UHGV virus genome: UHGV-1558314
Source: a virus
Reading direction: 5' to 3' (one strand)
Length of the DNA: 64,000 nucleotides
The notes beneath the pieces were generated by a model. That model worked only from the letters and a program-made list of their open reading frames with translations. It was not told the origin of the DNA and did not search any database. Made by a program: the position numbers and the translations under genes. Shown here one piece after another: positions 17,413 to 26,025 of this stretch (its first letter is position 1; every line of letters starts with the position of its first letter).

Positions 17413-20400
17413 TTAACAAATTGATGACGTGCCATCAGTATTTGCTACAACTGTCAATGCACTATCAAACTCATCTTGTTGCAATACATGGTCAACTATG
17501 AGTGTTTTGCGAATTGCAGAAAGCTTGGTAAGCAACTGCATCAACACTTGCTGATAATTGATATTGTTGACATCATGCTCAGCGCCAACAATCTGCCCAT
17601 TGCTAAGCTTGCCACTGATTTCGTCAATGAGCAAGATGTTGCCCACTTTGTTTAAGCGTTGAGTCAAAATGAGATGCACGATTGCAAGACCTGCGAAAGT
17701 TCCTTCCATGCCAGACATTTGACTTACACTTCGAATTGACTTCGAGCCCATCAAGTCAATCATCTTCAACACATTGTTGTCATTGATGTCAAAGAACACT
17801 CGGTAGTTCAATGAATCCAGCAAATCATTGAGCTGTGCATTCAGTGATGTTGCAATTGCTGCAAAGACATATGAAACTAAGCCTCGTTTGCTTGTGCACT
17901 GCTTATATGCATTGTACACCAAGTTTGCAATGTTCCACTTTTTCGAAGCTTGCAAATCTTTCTTGAGAGCTTCAATTCGCACATTGTTTGCTGATAAGTC
18001 TGCTTGCATTGTTGCAATTTCTGCATTGATGCTTAGCAGTTTTGAGTTCGCTTCAGTTTCATGCTGCTTAGCATCATCAATGTCGACTTGCAATGCAGCA
18101 TTTGTTGTAATATGCTGCTGAGTTTGCTGTGCATGTTCAAGTGCAAATGCTGCAGCAGTCTTATCAATCTCAAGTTGTTTAAGCGCAGACTCATATGTCG
18201 CTTTCTTATCATACTCTGCTTGAGCAATTTCAAGTTCAGCATTTATTGCAGCCAGTTCTGATTCTACTGTAGATTTTGATTGCAATACATCTTGCTTTGC
18301 TTGTTCAGCTTTACGTTTGATGTCTGCAAGTTGATTTGTGATATCTGCAATTTGCATTTTGACTGCTTCGACTTCAAGCAATGTTGCTGCAGTAGCCATT
18401 GGTTGTGCAATGAATGCATCTAAGTCTCTTTGCGCATTGACTACAGTTCTCTGCAAATCATTGAGCTTTTCTGCATGCATGTCATATGCTGCTTTGTGTG
18501 CTGGATTCAGTGCAGCAATTATTGCATTTGAATCTGTAACATCTATGATTGCTGCTTGCAGTTGCTCAATTTCATACTTCAAATTGCCAATTTTGACAAC
18601 ATTCTCATTGAATTGCTCTGTCTTTTGCGCACATTCTTGACGCAACTTAGCAAGCTCAGTTGACAACCACAGCTTGTATGCTTGTCCTGTGCCAGATGTC
18701 AAGTCATTTGTACATACAGGGCATTTGTCGTTTTCAAGTTGCTTTTGCTTGTCTATAACATTGTCGATGTTTGTTTTTGCAGCAGATATTTCTGTTCTAA
18801 GTGCATTTTGAACAGTGTTGATGTCTTCAATTTGCTTTTGCAAAGCATCTATTTTTGCCCGAGTGTTTGCATTGTACGACTTGCCAAGATTTATCAGCAC
18901 AGAATCAATGTGCTGCTTTGCTGCATCATATGCAAGCTTTGATTCATCAAGCTTTGTTCTGTACAATGACTCTGCATGCGCAACTTCTTTCTGCACTTTT
19001 GCAGATAGCTCATTCTGTTTTGTAAGCAGCTCAGCATATGTATTGTGCAGCTGTGAGCCAGATGCTATGACATTTGTGTATGCTGTATTAGCTTCATTGT
19101 CAATATTAGTGAGTTGCTGCTCAATCTGTGCTTTTGCTGTTTGCAACTTAGACATATCTTGCAATGCAAGTGCAGCAATGTCAAGCTCAACTTTGTGAAT
19201 CTTTGCAATGATGCCATCGATATTTGCTGTTGCATCTTCTATAGTTAAGATGTCTGCAGGAATTTGATGTAGTTTCTTTGAGAGCTCTTCTACTTTTGCA
19301 CGAGCTTTTGTAAGCTTCGCGGACCACTCTTTTTGATTATCTTGTCGTAACTGCAAAGAGTAATTGAGTTCATTGCAAGTTGTATTGAGAGACTCAAGTT
19401 CTGCTTTTATTGCAACATCAGTCAATGCGGGCTTACTAAGGCCATCAAACAATGCAGCCTTTGCAGCATCATTAGAATTGCCAAGCTGTACAAATGTATT
19501 GATGCCAAGAGTATCAAGTAGCCAGTCATTCAATGAATTTGAGTCCATTGCAATGATTTGGTCAAGTAGTGTCTGATTGATACAAACATATCGCGACAAT
19601 TCCCAGATAGAGCCAAAGATTGCATATAGCGTGTCTTTGATTTCATGCTGCGGCACTACGTAGTCATCTGACAATCTTACAAGCTGAACAGTCTCATTGA
19701 CTGCTGACACGTTATCTCGCCATGAGCCATCTGCATTTATTCGAGAACCTCGTTTGAATTTGCGTTCAAGTGTTCGAATCAATTTGTAGTGAACATTTTG
19801 ACCTGCTACTACATGCACAAAGACACAAGAAGCTTCAAGCTTATCATATGACTCATTGTCAATCAATTTGTCATTGAAGTATGTCAAAGCGTTCTGCTTT
19901 GTTGCTGCAGAAGACTGTTCAGCGTCAATAAAGCCAGTCAGCAGCCATTTGATAAGTCTGAAGATTGTAGTCTTGCCATTGCCATTGTTGCCTCTAACTT
20001 GTGTAAGCTGTGCAAGATTGTCAAAGCTGACATCAACATCTTTCAATGCCATGAACTGATTTGCTTTAACATTTTGAATGACATATTTTGCAACTTCAGT
20101 GTCAAAAGACAATTTATCAATTTGTTCATCAATCAATGACTTGAACATGTCAACAAACTGCTGAGCATCTTCAGTAGCAACTATGGCATTGCGTTCAATG
20201 TATGCATTGACCCAGTCAAGTGCAGCGTCTTTAAGCCATTCAGCAGTTTGAACCTTTTGCAGCAAATTGTCGCCATTTGCGTCTACAGCATTGATTGAAT
20301 CAATGACAGCAGAATCATACAGAATGTCAATTGCAGCAACAACATATGAACTTACAAGATTCTGTGCAATGCGCTCAACAATACCAGACAGTTCGGGCTT

Positions 20401-21339
20401 TGTGACCTTTGACTTGATTTTGATTTTATTGATGCGGCCAGGGTTGATGAGTGCAATCTTGTCTGTTTTGACATCATTATCAATTGTGATTGTATGATAA
20501 TGCACAAGCTGCTCAAGTGGATGCCACTCTACCACAATTCGCTTGTTGTCAATATCGATGTCAAGCAAGTTGTAGCCATGTTCTGCAGTACCATGCTGTA
20601 TTGCAGTGTCATTCAACAAATAGTCGCCTTCACCAAAATCTCTGACAATTGGCGAGCCGCAATATGTTAATGTCTTATCACCAGCAACCCATATTGCATG
20701 CTTATGAATGTCACCCATTGCAACAAAGTTGCTATTAAATTGCATTGCATCTATACGACTGTCATTGTCACCACGAACAATACAATCATCAAAGTTGACA
20801 CAATTCTTTACAGGGTCATGGAACAGCTCAATGACACACATTGATGACAATGCTGCAATCTGCGATTCATCAAGTGATGCCCAAGGCGAATATGTGCCAC
20901 CAGACCACTTCTCATTTTGAGCCCATACTGCAGCAGCAAAACCAGGTGCAAGCAGTTCAACTCTTGAACTGTTGATATACTTGATTCGCTTGTCATCAAT
21001 TGCAGTTACAAGCTTGTCAATGCTATCTGTCCACTGCATTTGTGAACCATCACCAGCATCAAATGTGTTATCACGTTGCTTCAAATCATGATTGCCAGCA
21101 GTAATGACAATTTGAAGCTTGTCATTGACTTCAAGCATGCCTTTGAGCAGCTTAACAAACAGCGACTCTTCAAGTGAATTGCTATTCCAATGCTCAAACA
21201 CGTCGCCGACAATGAATACAAACTCAACTGACTTTGCTTTGTCAATTAGTTGTTTGTTGATGTGCTCATATTCTACGAAACGTCGTAAATGACCTTGTCG
21301 AACATTATATTGAATGTCTGCTATGTGAAGTGCTTTCAT
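17413..21339 (-). CDS. fused Mre11/SbcD nuclease - Rad50/SbcC ATPase (1308 aa)
   Basis: N-terminal phosphoesterase motifs VFIVGDVFEHW, VITAGNHDL, GDIHKH; Walker A GNNGNGKTTIFRLIKWLL; coiled-coil with zinc hook DKCPVCTNDL; signature SGMEGTFAGLAIV; Walker B LLIDEISGKLS. One uninterrupted ORF. Confidence 0.75.
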   Translation of the reverse strand: MKALHIADIQYNVRQGHLRRFVEYEHINKQLIDKAKSVEFVFIVGDVFEHWNSNSLEESLFVKLLKGMLEVNDKLQIVITAGNHDLKQRDNTFDAGDGSQMQWTDSIDKLVTAIDDKRIKYINSSRVELLAPGFAAAVWAQNEKWSGGTYSPWASLDESQIAALSSMCVIELFHDPVKNCVNFDDCIVRGDNDSRIDAMQFNSNFVAMGDIHKHAIWVAGDKTLTYCGSPIVRDFGEGDYLLNDTAIQHGTAEHGYNLLDIDIDNKRIVVEWHPLEQLVHYHTITIDNDVKTDKIALINPGRINKIKIKSKVTKPELSGIVERIAQNLVSSYVVAAIDILYDSAVIDSINAVDANGDNLLQKVQTAEWLKDAALDWVNAYIERNAIVATEDAQQFVDMFKSLIDEQIDKLSFDTEVAKYVIQNVKANQFMALKDVDVSFDNLAQLTQVRGNNGNGKTTIFRLIKWLLTGFIDAEQSSAATKQNALTYFNDKLIDNESYDKLEASCVFVHVVAGQNVHYKLIRTLERKFKRGSRINADGSWRDNVSAVNETVQLVRLSDDYVVPQHEIKDTLYAIFGSIWELSRYVCINQTLLDQIIAMDSNSLNDWLLDTLGINTFVQLGNSNDAAKAALFDGLSKPALTDVAIKAELESLNTTCNELNYSLQLRQDNQKEWSAKLTKARAKVEELSKKLHQIPADILTIEDATANIDGIIAKIHKVELDIAALALQDMSKLQTAKAQIEQQLTNIDNEANTAYTNVIASGSQLHNTYAELLTKQNELSAKVQKEVAHAESLYRTKLDESKLAYDAAKQHIDSVLINLGKSYNANTRAKIDALQKQIEDINTVQNALRTEISAAKTNIDNVIDKQKQLENDKCPVCTNDLTSGTGQAYKLWLSTELAKLRQECAQKTEQFNENVVKIGNLKYEIEQLQAAIIDVTDSNAIIAALNPAHKAAYDMHAEKLNDLQRTVVNAQRDLDAFIAQPMATAATLLEVEAVKMQIADITNQLADIKRKAEQAKQDVLQSKSTVESELAAINAELEIAQAEYDKKATYESALKQLEIDKTAAAFALEHAQQTQQHITTNAALQVDIDDAKQHETEANSKLLSINAEIATMQADLSANNVRIEALKKDLQASKKWNIANLVYNAYKQCTSKRGLVSYVFAAIATSLNAQLNDLLDSLNYRVFFDINDNNVLKMIDLMGSKSIRSVSQMSGMEGTFAGLAIVHLILTQRLNKVGNILLIDEISGKLSNGQIVGAEHDVNNINYQQVLMQLLTKLSAIRKTLIVDHVLQQDEFDSALTVVANTDGTSSIC

Positions 21340-21341
21340 AT

Positions 21342-21358
21342 TCTAAATGAGATTTAGA
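21342..21358 (-). promoter_or_regulatory. palindromic leader element TCTAAATGAGATTTAGA just upstream of the Mre11-Rad50 start codon
   Basis: Same 17-bp palindrome as at 14388-14404, at -3 to -19 from the ATG. Confidence 0.5.
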
Positions 21359-21386
21359 TTATATGTTGATATTGTACAACATGCAA
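21358..21386 (-). promoter_or_regulatory. sigma-70-like promoter TTGCAT-N17-TATAAT with conserved TTGTACAA core
   Basis: Minus-sense TTGCATGTTGTACAATATCAACATATAAT, about 18 nt upstream of the ATG at 21339. Confidence 0.55.
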
Positions 21387-21418
21387 AATGCACTTGCATT
21401 TTGATACAACGTATGTCA

Positions 21419-21766
21419 TTATTTTGCAAGCATTTTGCTGATTGCATCTATCACAGTTTCACTGAGCAAGTAGTAGACAACGCTTATCAGCAATGATATC
21501 AGTACTGCAGCTGTGATAAATTGCAACGCATTCACAATTGCACGCACAAATGTTATCTGTGTGTTGTATGCAAGCACTATGCAGCATAGCACAATAATGA
21601 CACACCAGACTACAATTGCATATGCAGGCATCAATGAATTTGTCCATATGCAGTACAATACAGTAGTTAGCATCAAAAATGCTATTGCTCTGATGACTGA
21701 CACAATGATGTCTATGTAGAGCTTCATTACACGTAAATGAACTCTTGGCTTATGCGGTTTCATCAT
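21419..21766 (-). CDS. small membrane protein
   Basis: ORF 21419..21829 trimmed to internal Met; hydrophobic segments IIVSVIRAIAFLMLTTVLYCIW, AIVVWCVIIVLCCIVLAY, AAVLISLLISVVYYLL. Confidence 0.4.
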   Translation of the reverse strand: MMKPHKPRVHLRVMKLYIDIIVSVIRAIAFLMLTTVLYCIWTNSLMPAYAIVVWCVIIVLCCIVLAYNTQITFVRAIVNALQFITAAVLISLLISVVYYLLSETVIDAISKMLAK

Positions 21767-23001
21767 GACTTTATGTACAATTCTGCAAGTTGTCTGGTGT
21801 ACAATCGTGGATTGTGATATGCTTTCCAATATGCAGTAGACTTTATTGCAGCAAGAATCTCATCATAATGTTTGACTGCTTTTGCTACAACTTCATCAAG
21901 TACATGCAAATCTTCTACACTAACAAGCAGCCATTTTTCTACAATGTCAATGAATTCTTGATTGCAATTAAAGCCATATTTGTAGTTGCAAGTGTCAAGT
22001 ACAAGTGGGATGCAGTCATTTGTCAGTGCTTCAAAAAATCTACGAAGACTGAAACAATTCTCATCATATGATGGAATGCTTAATGTAAACTTGGCAGTCT
22101 TGATGAGTTGCAAATACTCTTCGTATGGAATCAGAGGACCATTGTGCTTCCACTGATTGTTATGTCGTCTTGTTGTGTACTTGAACAAAAACTTTGAACT
22201 GTCAAGCTCACAAAGATGGTCCATGCGTAAAATGTAGTTATAGCGGTCTCTTCTATCAGGCCAACTGTCAGTCATTGCAAACACAAAGTCTCTTTGCTTG
22301 TCACATTTTGCTGACATACCTCTATGCTGACACATGCAGTACCAATATTGCTGCGATGGACTGAACTCGAACTTTGAGTGATGCTCACTGCCATCTTTGC
22401 ATTGTTGAACGTAAATATTGTCAGGCACAAAGTGAAAGTAGAAATGTCGAATTTGCAAGCCGTCAATGTAGTCAAGCTTATGCTGCAATGGGTCCTCACA
22501 GAAATTGTAACACTGAATGCGTTTTGCTGCAGCATACTCAGCAACTATGAATGTGCACACCCATTGCAATGCGATGTCTTCACTCTTCAAAAAGTCAACA
22601 AGTGGCTCATTTGGATGCGCTTTGCATTCATTGAACATTTTGTACCACTTGCATTGCTCCATGTCATACTTGGAGACTGTATTGCCATTAAAAAATGACA
22701 CAGTATCAATTTTGAATGCCTCAAGTTGTTTATGCACAATGTCGATTGCTTGTGCATATGTGACAGTCTCATCAGACATTATTTGTGCAAACTTGATTGG
22801 ATGCGCATGCAAATTTGCAATTGTGTCTGCTGACATTTTGCGCTGTGTATGATAATCGACATACAAAAACTGACACTTGTCTGTAAGCAATTCAAGCATT
22901 GCTACAGATTTCCATCGAATTGCTTGAAAGAAATTGAAGTGCGCAGTTTGAAAAATGAGATGCGTAGGCTTGTCAGAATGAGTCAAAGTTTGCATGGACA
23001 A
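21763..23001 (-). CDS. putative DNA glycosyltransferase, GT-B-like (paralog A1)
   Basis: Paralogous to 26026..27582 (shared EDPLQHKL[D/N]YID, SPSQQYWY, IPSYDENCFSLRRFFEALTNDCIPLV). The C-terminal S-L-R-x-F-x-E...P-L-V patch resembles the catalytic region of phage beta-glucosyltransferase. Family assignment is from memory. Confidence 0.45.
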   Translation of the reverse strand: MSMQTLTHSDKPTHLIFQTAHFNFFQAIRWKSVAMLELLTDKCQFLYVDYHTQRKMSADTIANLHAHPIKFAQIMSDETVTYAQAIDIVHKQLEAFKIDTVSFFNGNTVSKYDMEQCKWYKMFNECKAHPNEPLVDFLKSEDIALQWVCTFIVAEYAAAKRIQCYNFCEDPLQHKLDYIDGLQIRHFYFHFVPDNIYVQQCKDGSEHHSKFEFSPSQQYWYCMCQHRGMSAKCDKQRDFVFAMTDSWPDRRDRYNYILRMDHLCELDSSKFLFKYTTRRHNNQWKHNGPLIPYEEYLQLIKTAKFTLSIPSYDENCFSLRRFFEALTNDCIPLVLDTCNYKYGFNCNQEFIDIVEKWLLVSVEDLHVLDEVVAKAVKHYDEILAAIKSTAYWKAYHNPRLYTRQLAELYIKS

Positions 23002-24158
23002 ATGTCGCAGTTATGTTGATGTTTGTGTTTATTTATGAAGTCATATGTCACTGCAAAAAAGTGCTTTGCAATGTCATATCGAGTTTTCAAATATGCTGCT
23101 TGTCGTTCACAAAATGCTGCATAAATATCTGGGTGTTGTTTGAATGCTGCAATGCGTTGCTGTACTTGTTCTGCAGAATGCACATATGACACTTTGCTCA
23201 AATATACATCATCTGCAAATAATCGTTTGTCTTTGTCAACTGCGCAATCAACAAAAGTTGCAATTCGTGCAACAATTGCTTCACCGACACGATTTGGTAT
23301 TAGCCCATATTGCTCATATTGCTGTTCGCCGATAGCAATGTGTGCTGCTGCATATGACATTGCATATGGCACACTATAAAATGGCACACTAAAATCAAAT
23401 GAACAATTTGACTGCAGCAATTGTGTTTGTGCATCAGACAATCTACTTGTCAAGTTGCCTGTATATTTGTGCTCACCAAGAAAACTTGAGCGACAGCCTG
23501 AATCTACATAGTATCGAATGACTTTGTTTATGCGACTGTCAGATAGCATATGCCAATCTCTTGTAGCATATATCAAGTCTACTGTTTTTGCGCCAATATG
23601 ACGAGGCTCTATCGCAACATTGCTGTATGTTGGCAGCATAAACAATGGCAGCCATTTGACATTGTTGAACACTGAATGCTCATTTGACAAATTCATGCAC
23701 TGGCTAAGTTCAAGTACTGGCTCATCATACACGCCATGTAGCTCAACTCTGCCTGCATGCACAAAGTTGACACGCTTAAATGGAAATCGCATATCAGTGC
23801 AAACTGTCATTCTTGCTGCAATAGACATTCGCCACATAGCATGCAGCTTAACAACTGCTTCTGCTTGAGGTCGAGGCAACATATTTAGCAAATCAATCCA
23901 GCCGCCCCACAAAATCCAAACATCATTTGAACAGATGTTGAATTGCAAACTCAATATGTCTTCTACTGTTGTAGCAATAATGTCATGCCCATTGATGCTT
24001 GCAAGGTGTTTTCGTTGATTTGCAATAATAATGACTTGACTGAATGGAGACTCTGGAAATGACACAAGCGCTTTTGCAAACAACACGGGTTCTTGCGACA
24101 CCAAGTTGTTTGAGTATGGGTCGATTATGCAATCAAGCTTGTGTATGAAGAGTCTCAT
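22983..24158 (-). CDS. hypothetical DNA-modification-associated protein (paralog B1)
   Basis: Paralogous to 27579..28745 (similar N-termini MRLFIHKLD / MSKLFILKFD; shared L[L/I]PNR[W/V]-x-E-x-[V/I] near C-terminus). Sits immediately upstream of A1, as B2 does of A2. Confidence 0.4.
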   Translation of the reverse strand: MRLFIHKLDCIIDPYSNNLVSQEPVLFAKALVSFPESPFSQVIIIANQRKHLASINGHDIIATTVEDILSLQFNICSNDVWILWGGWIDLLNMLPRPQAEAVVKLHAMWRMSIAARMTVCTDMRFPFKRVNFVHAGRVELHGVYDEPVLELSQCMNLSNEHSVFNNVKWLPLFMLPTYSNVAIEPRHIGAKTVDLIYATRDWHMLSDSRINKVIRYYVDSGCRSSFLGEHKYTGNLTSRLSDAQTQLLQSNCSFDFSVPFYSVPYAMSYAAAHIAIGEQQYEQYGLIPNRVGEAIVARIATFVDCAVDKDKRLFADDVYLSKVSYVHSAEQVQQRIAAFKQHPDIYAAFCERQAAYLKTRYDIAKHFFAVTYDFINKHKHQHNCDICPCKL

Positions 24159-24889
24159 TTTGCAGATGATTCAAAAAATTTGTAGACATCGCAGTTAGCA
24201 ATGTGGTCATTCCAAGCATCTTCAGAGTCTGCAACAAAGCCACAATGACAGCGTTTTGGCTGCCAAACTGGTTCAACTACTGCAGGCATTGCTTCTTCAA
24301 TAGTGTTTGCAGGTTCATTATCTGCTGGCAATACTTCAACGTCTTCAACTTGTGCTGCATCTTGTTGTGCACGCTGCTCAATGACATTGCCCTCAAAGTC
24401 AAACTGAATGCCAGCTTGTTCTGCTTTTGTACGATTATTACGAGCTACGAACAAATACGCAAAGATGAATTCGACAAGCGCTATGGCAAGTGACTTCAGT
24501 GCATTGACAAGAAGCATGATGCCTGTTGATAAATGGCCGTCAAAGCTCAAAAACACGAACACACATGTAAAGCATGACATAAACACTGCAATCAGTGGAA
24601 TGTTCTTGTATTTTGGCAACAAATCAGAGTTGACTGATGTAAGCAACACAACGAATTGATAACCTATTGCAAGCCAATAGTCGCCAAACACTGCATAGAT
24701 ATGCGTAGTGATGCCAATAAGAAATGTGATAGTCACAATCATAATGAGCAACACACTTGTCAGAAAGTCTGCAATAGAATTGCTGAGCTTGTCATACCAG
24801 TGTTTGTTGACAATTGACGTGTTGGCTACGCGCACTTTACTAAGTGCATCTATGCCGCTTTTGATATTTGATTGTGCTTTCATACACAT
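24155..24889 (-). CDS. membrane protein with C-terminal Cys/His cluster
   Basis: Four hydrophobic segments; C-terminal RCHCGFV...HIANCDVY could bind zinc. Confidence 0.45.
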   Translation of the reverse strand: MCMKAQSNIKSGIDALSKVRVANTSIVNKHWYDKLSNSIADFLTSVLLIMIVTITFLIGITTHIYAVFGDYWLAIGYQFVVLLTSVNSDLLPKYKNIPLIAVFMSCFTCVFVFLSFDGHLSTGIMLLVNALKSLAIALVEFIFAYLFVARNNRTKAEQAGIQFDFEGNVIEQRAQQDAAQVEDVEVLPADNEPANTIEEAMPAVVEPVWQPKRCHCGFVADSEDAWNDHIANCDVYKFFESSAK

Positions 24890-25030
24890 ATAACGTTATA
24901 TCATATCTACACACAAAGCAAATGCTACTGCAAGTGCAGCCATAATTGCATATACGACTATCGATGCAGTATAATCTGATTCAGGATTCCACTTATCAGG
25001 TGTGTTAAGCTTGTGATACTTGTCTCGTCT

Positions 25031-25082
25031 CATCTTGAGTCAAAAAATGATGGCTGCTGCTACATTTTGTGAAATCATGTGC
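25031..25082 (-). promoter_or_regulatory. hairpin plus U-tract (possible attenuator or terminator) between promoter and gene 24155..24889
   Basis: 12-bp inverted repeat GATGGCTGCTGC / GCAGCAGCCATC with 20-nt loop, followed on the minus strand by TTTTTT. Confidence 0.4.
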
Positions 25083-25124
25083 AGCAGCCATCTGGCAGGT
25101 TTCTTGCTTTGTAAAGCTTGGATA

Positions 25125-25153
25125 GAGGATGGATTTTATATGTTGATATTGTA
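25125..25153 (-). promoter_or_regulatory. sigma-70-like promoter TTGCAT-N17-TATAAA (second copy of conserved motif)
   Basis: Minus-sense TTGCATGTTGTACAATATCAACATATAAA; spacer identical to the copy at 21358-21386. Confidence 0.5.
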
Positions 25154-25195
25154 CAACATGCAAAATGTATTTGCATTTTGATACAACATATATTG

Positions 25196-25411
25196 TCATT
25201 TTGCACAGTCTGATGCAATTAAATCTTTGTCAAAGCATTCATCTATAATGTCTTCAATAAGATACGCTTCGACATTGTTAAGCTTCAAGATATCTACGAG
25301 TTTTGCTTTGATATCGCAAGCTAATGCAGATTCGACTGTATGCAATATGACTGATGATACGACATGCTTGTCTGTCATCATTTGTAATTGCTGTGGTGTT
25401 ACTCTACTCAT
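25196..25411 (-). CDS. hypothetical small protein (71 aa)
   Basis: ORF track; 4-nt overlap with the upstream kinase gene. Confidence 0.35.
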   Translation of the reverse strand: MSRVTPQQLQMMTDKHVVSSVILHTVESALACDIKAKLVDILKLNNVEAYLIEDIIDECFDKDLIASDCAK

Positions 25412-25980
25412 GCGCCAAGTTCAGCTAAGCATTTCAACACATTGTCTTGCAGACTTGCATTGTTGTCAATTTCGACAATATGCAATGGTGAGTTCTTTCG
25501 CCACTCATCATATGCAGCAATCATTTCATTGCGTTTGCTGACATCAATGTTGACATCACCGCAAAAATTATCGACAAAATCTGGCACAACATCACGCTTG
25601 CATAAGAACACTACGTGCGGCAATGTTGCAAGCTTCTTTTCATATGCTTCAAAGAATGCTTGATGCTTATCAGTGTGCAGCTCTTTGTAAAGCGTTGTGT
25701 TGAAGATTTGATGCGTGATGAATGAACGGTCACACAAAAACGTTGCTTTGCCAAAGCCTTGAGAGTCATTTCCAATGAACTCTAAGAAGAAGCGCCAATC
25801 ATAAAAGAACGCTTCATTGAGGTCCCAAGGTTCGGGCATTGGGTCATCACCTGACTCATGCTGCTGCCACCAAGAACGAGATGTTCGTTTGCAATTGATA
25901 AACCATGGGCGCCACTTCATCAATTCATTGATGAGTGTTGTTTTGCCTGAAGCTTCTACACCTTCAAATATCGCTATCAT
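25408..25980 (-). CDS. P-loop deoxynucleoside monophosphate kinase (thymidylate kinase-like)
   Basis: N-terminal IAIFEGVEASGKTTLI (Tmk-type P-loop) and CDRSFITHQ (DR[Y/S]-like motif). Confidence 0.6.
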   Translation of the reverse strand: MIAIFEGVEASGKTTLINELMKWRPWFINCKRTSRSWWQQHESGDDPMPEPWDLNEAFFYDWRFFLEFIGNDSQGFGKATFLCDRSFITHQIFNTTLYKELHTDKHQAFFEAYEKKLATLPHVVFLCKRDVVPDFVDNFCGDVNIDVSKRNEMIAAYDEWRKNSPLHIVEIDNNASLQDNVLKCLAELGA

Positions 25981-26025
25981 TGTGTATTATGTTTGATTTT
26001 TGATTACAGTACAACGTAGTTATGC

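Noticed and set aside
21340-21420. Bacteroides-type promoter (-33 TTTG / -7 TAnnTTTG) at the conserved intergenic motif
   Set aside because: The conserved element fits a -35/-10 arrangement (TTGCAT-N17-TATAAT) far better, and no TAnnTTTG is correctly positioned, although other features (BACON-like domains, no Shine-Dalgarno sequences) hint at a Bacteroidetes host.
25005-25199. Minus-strand ORF 25005..25199 (64 aa)
   Set aside because: It begins inside the conserved promoter motif and runs through the hairpin/U-tract; more likely 5' UTR than coding.
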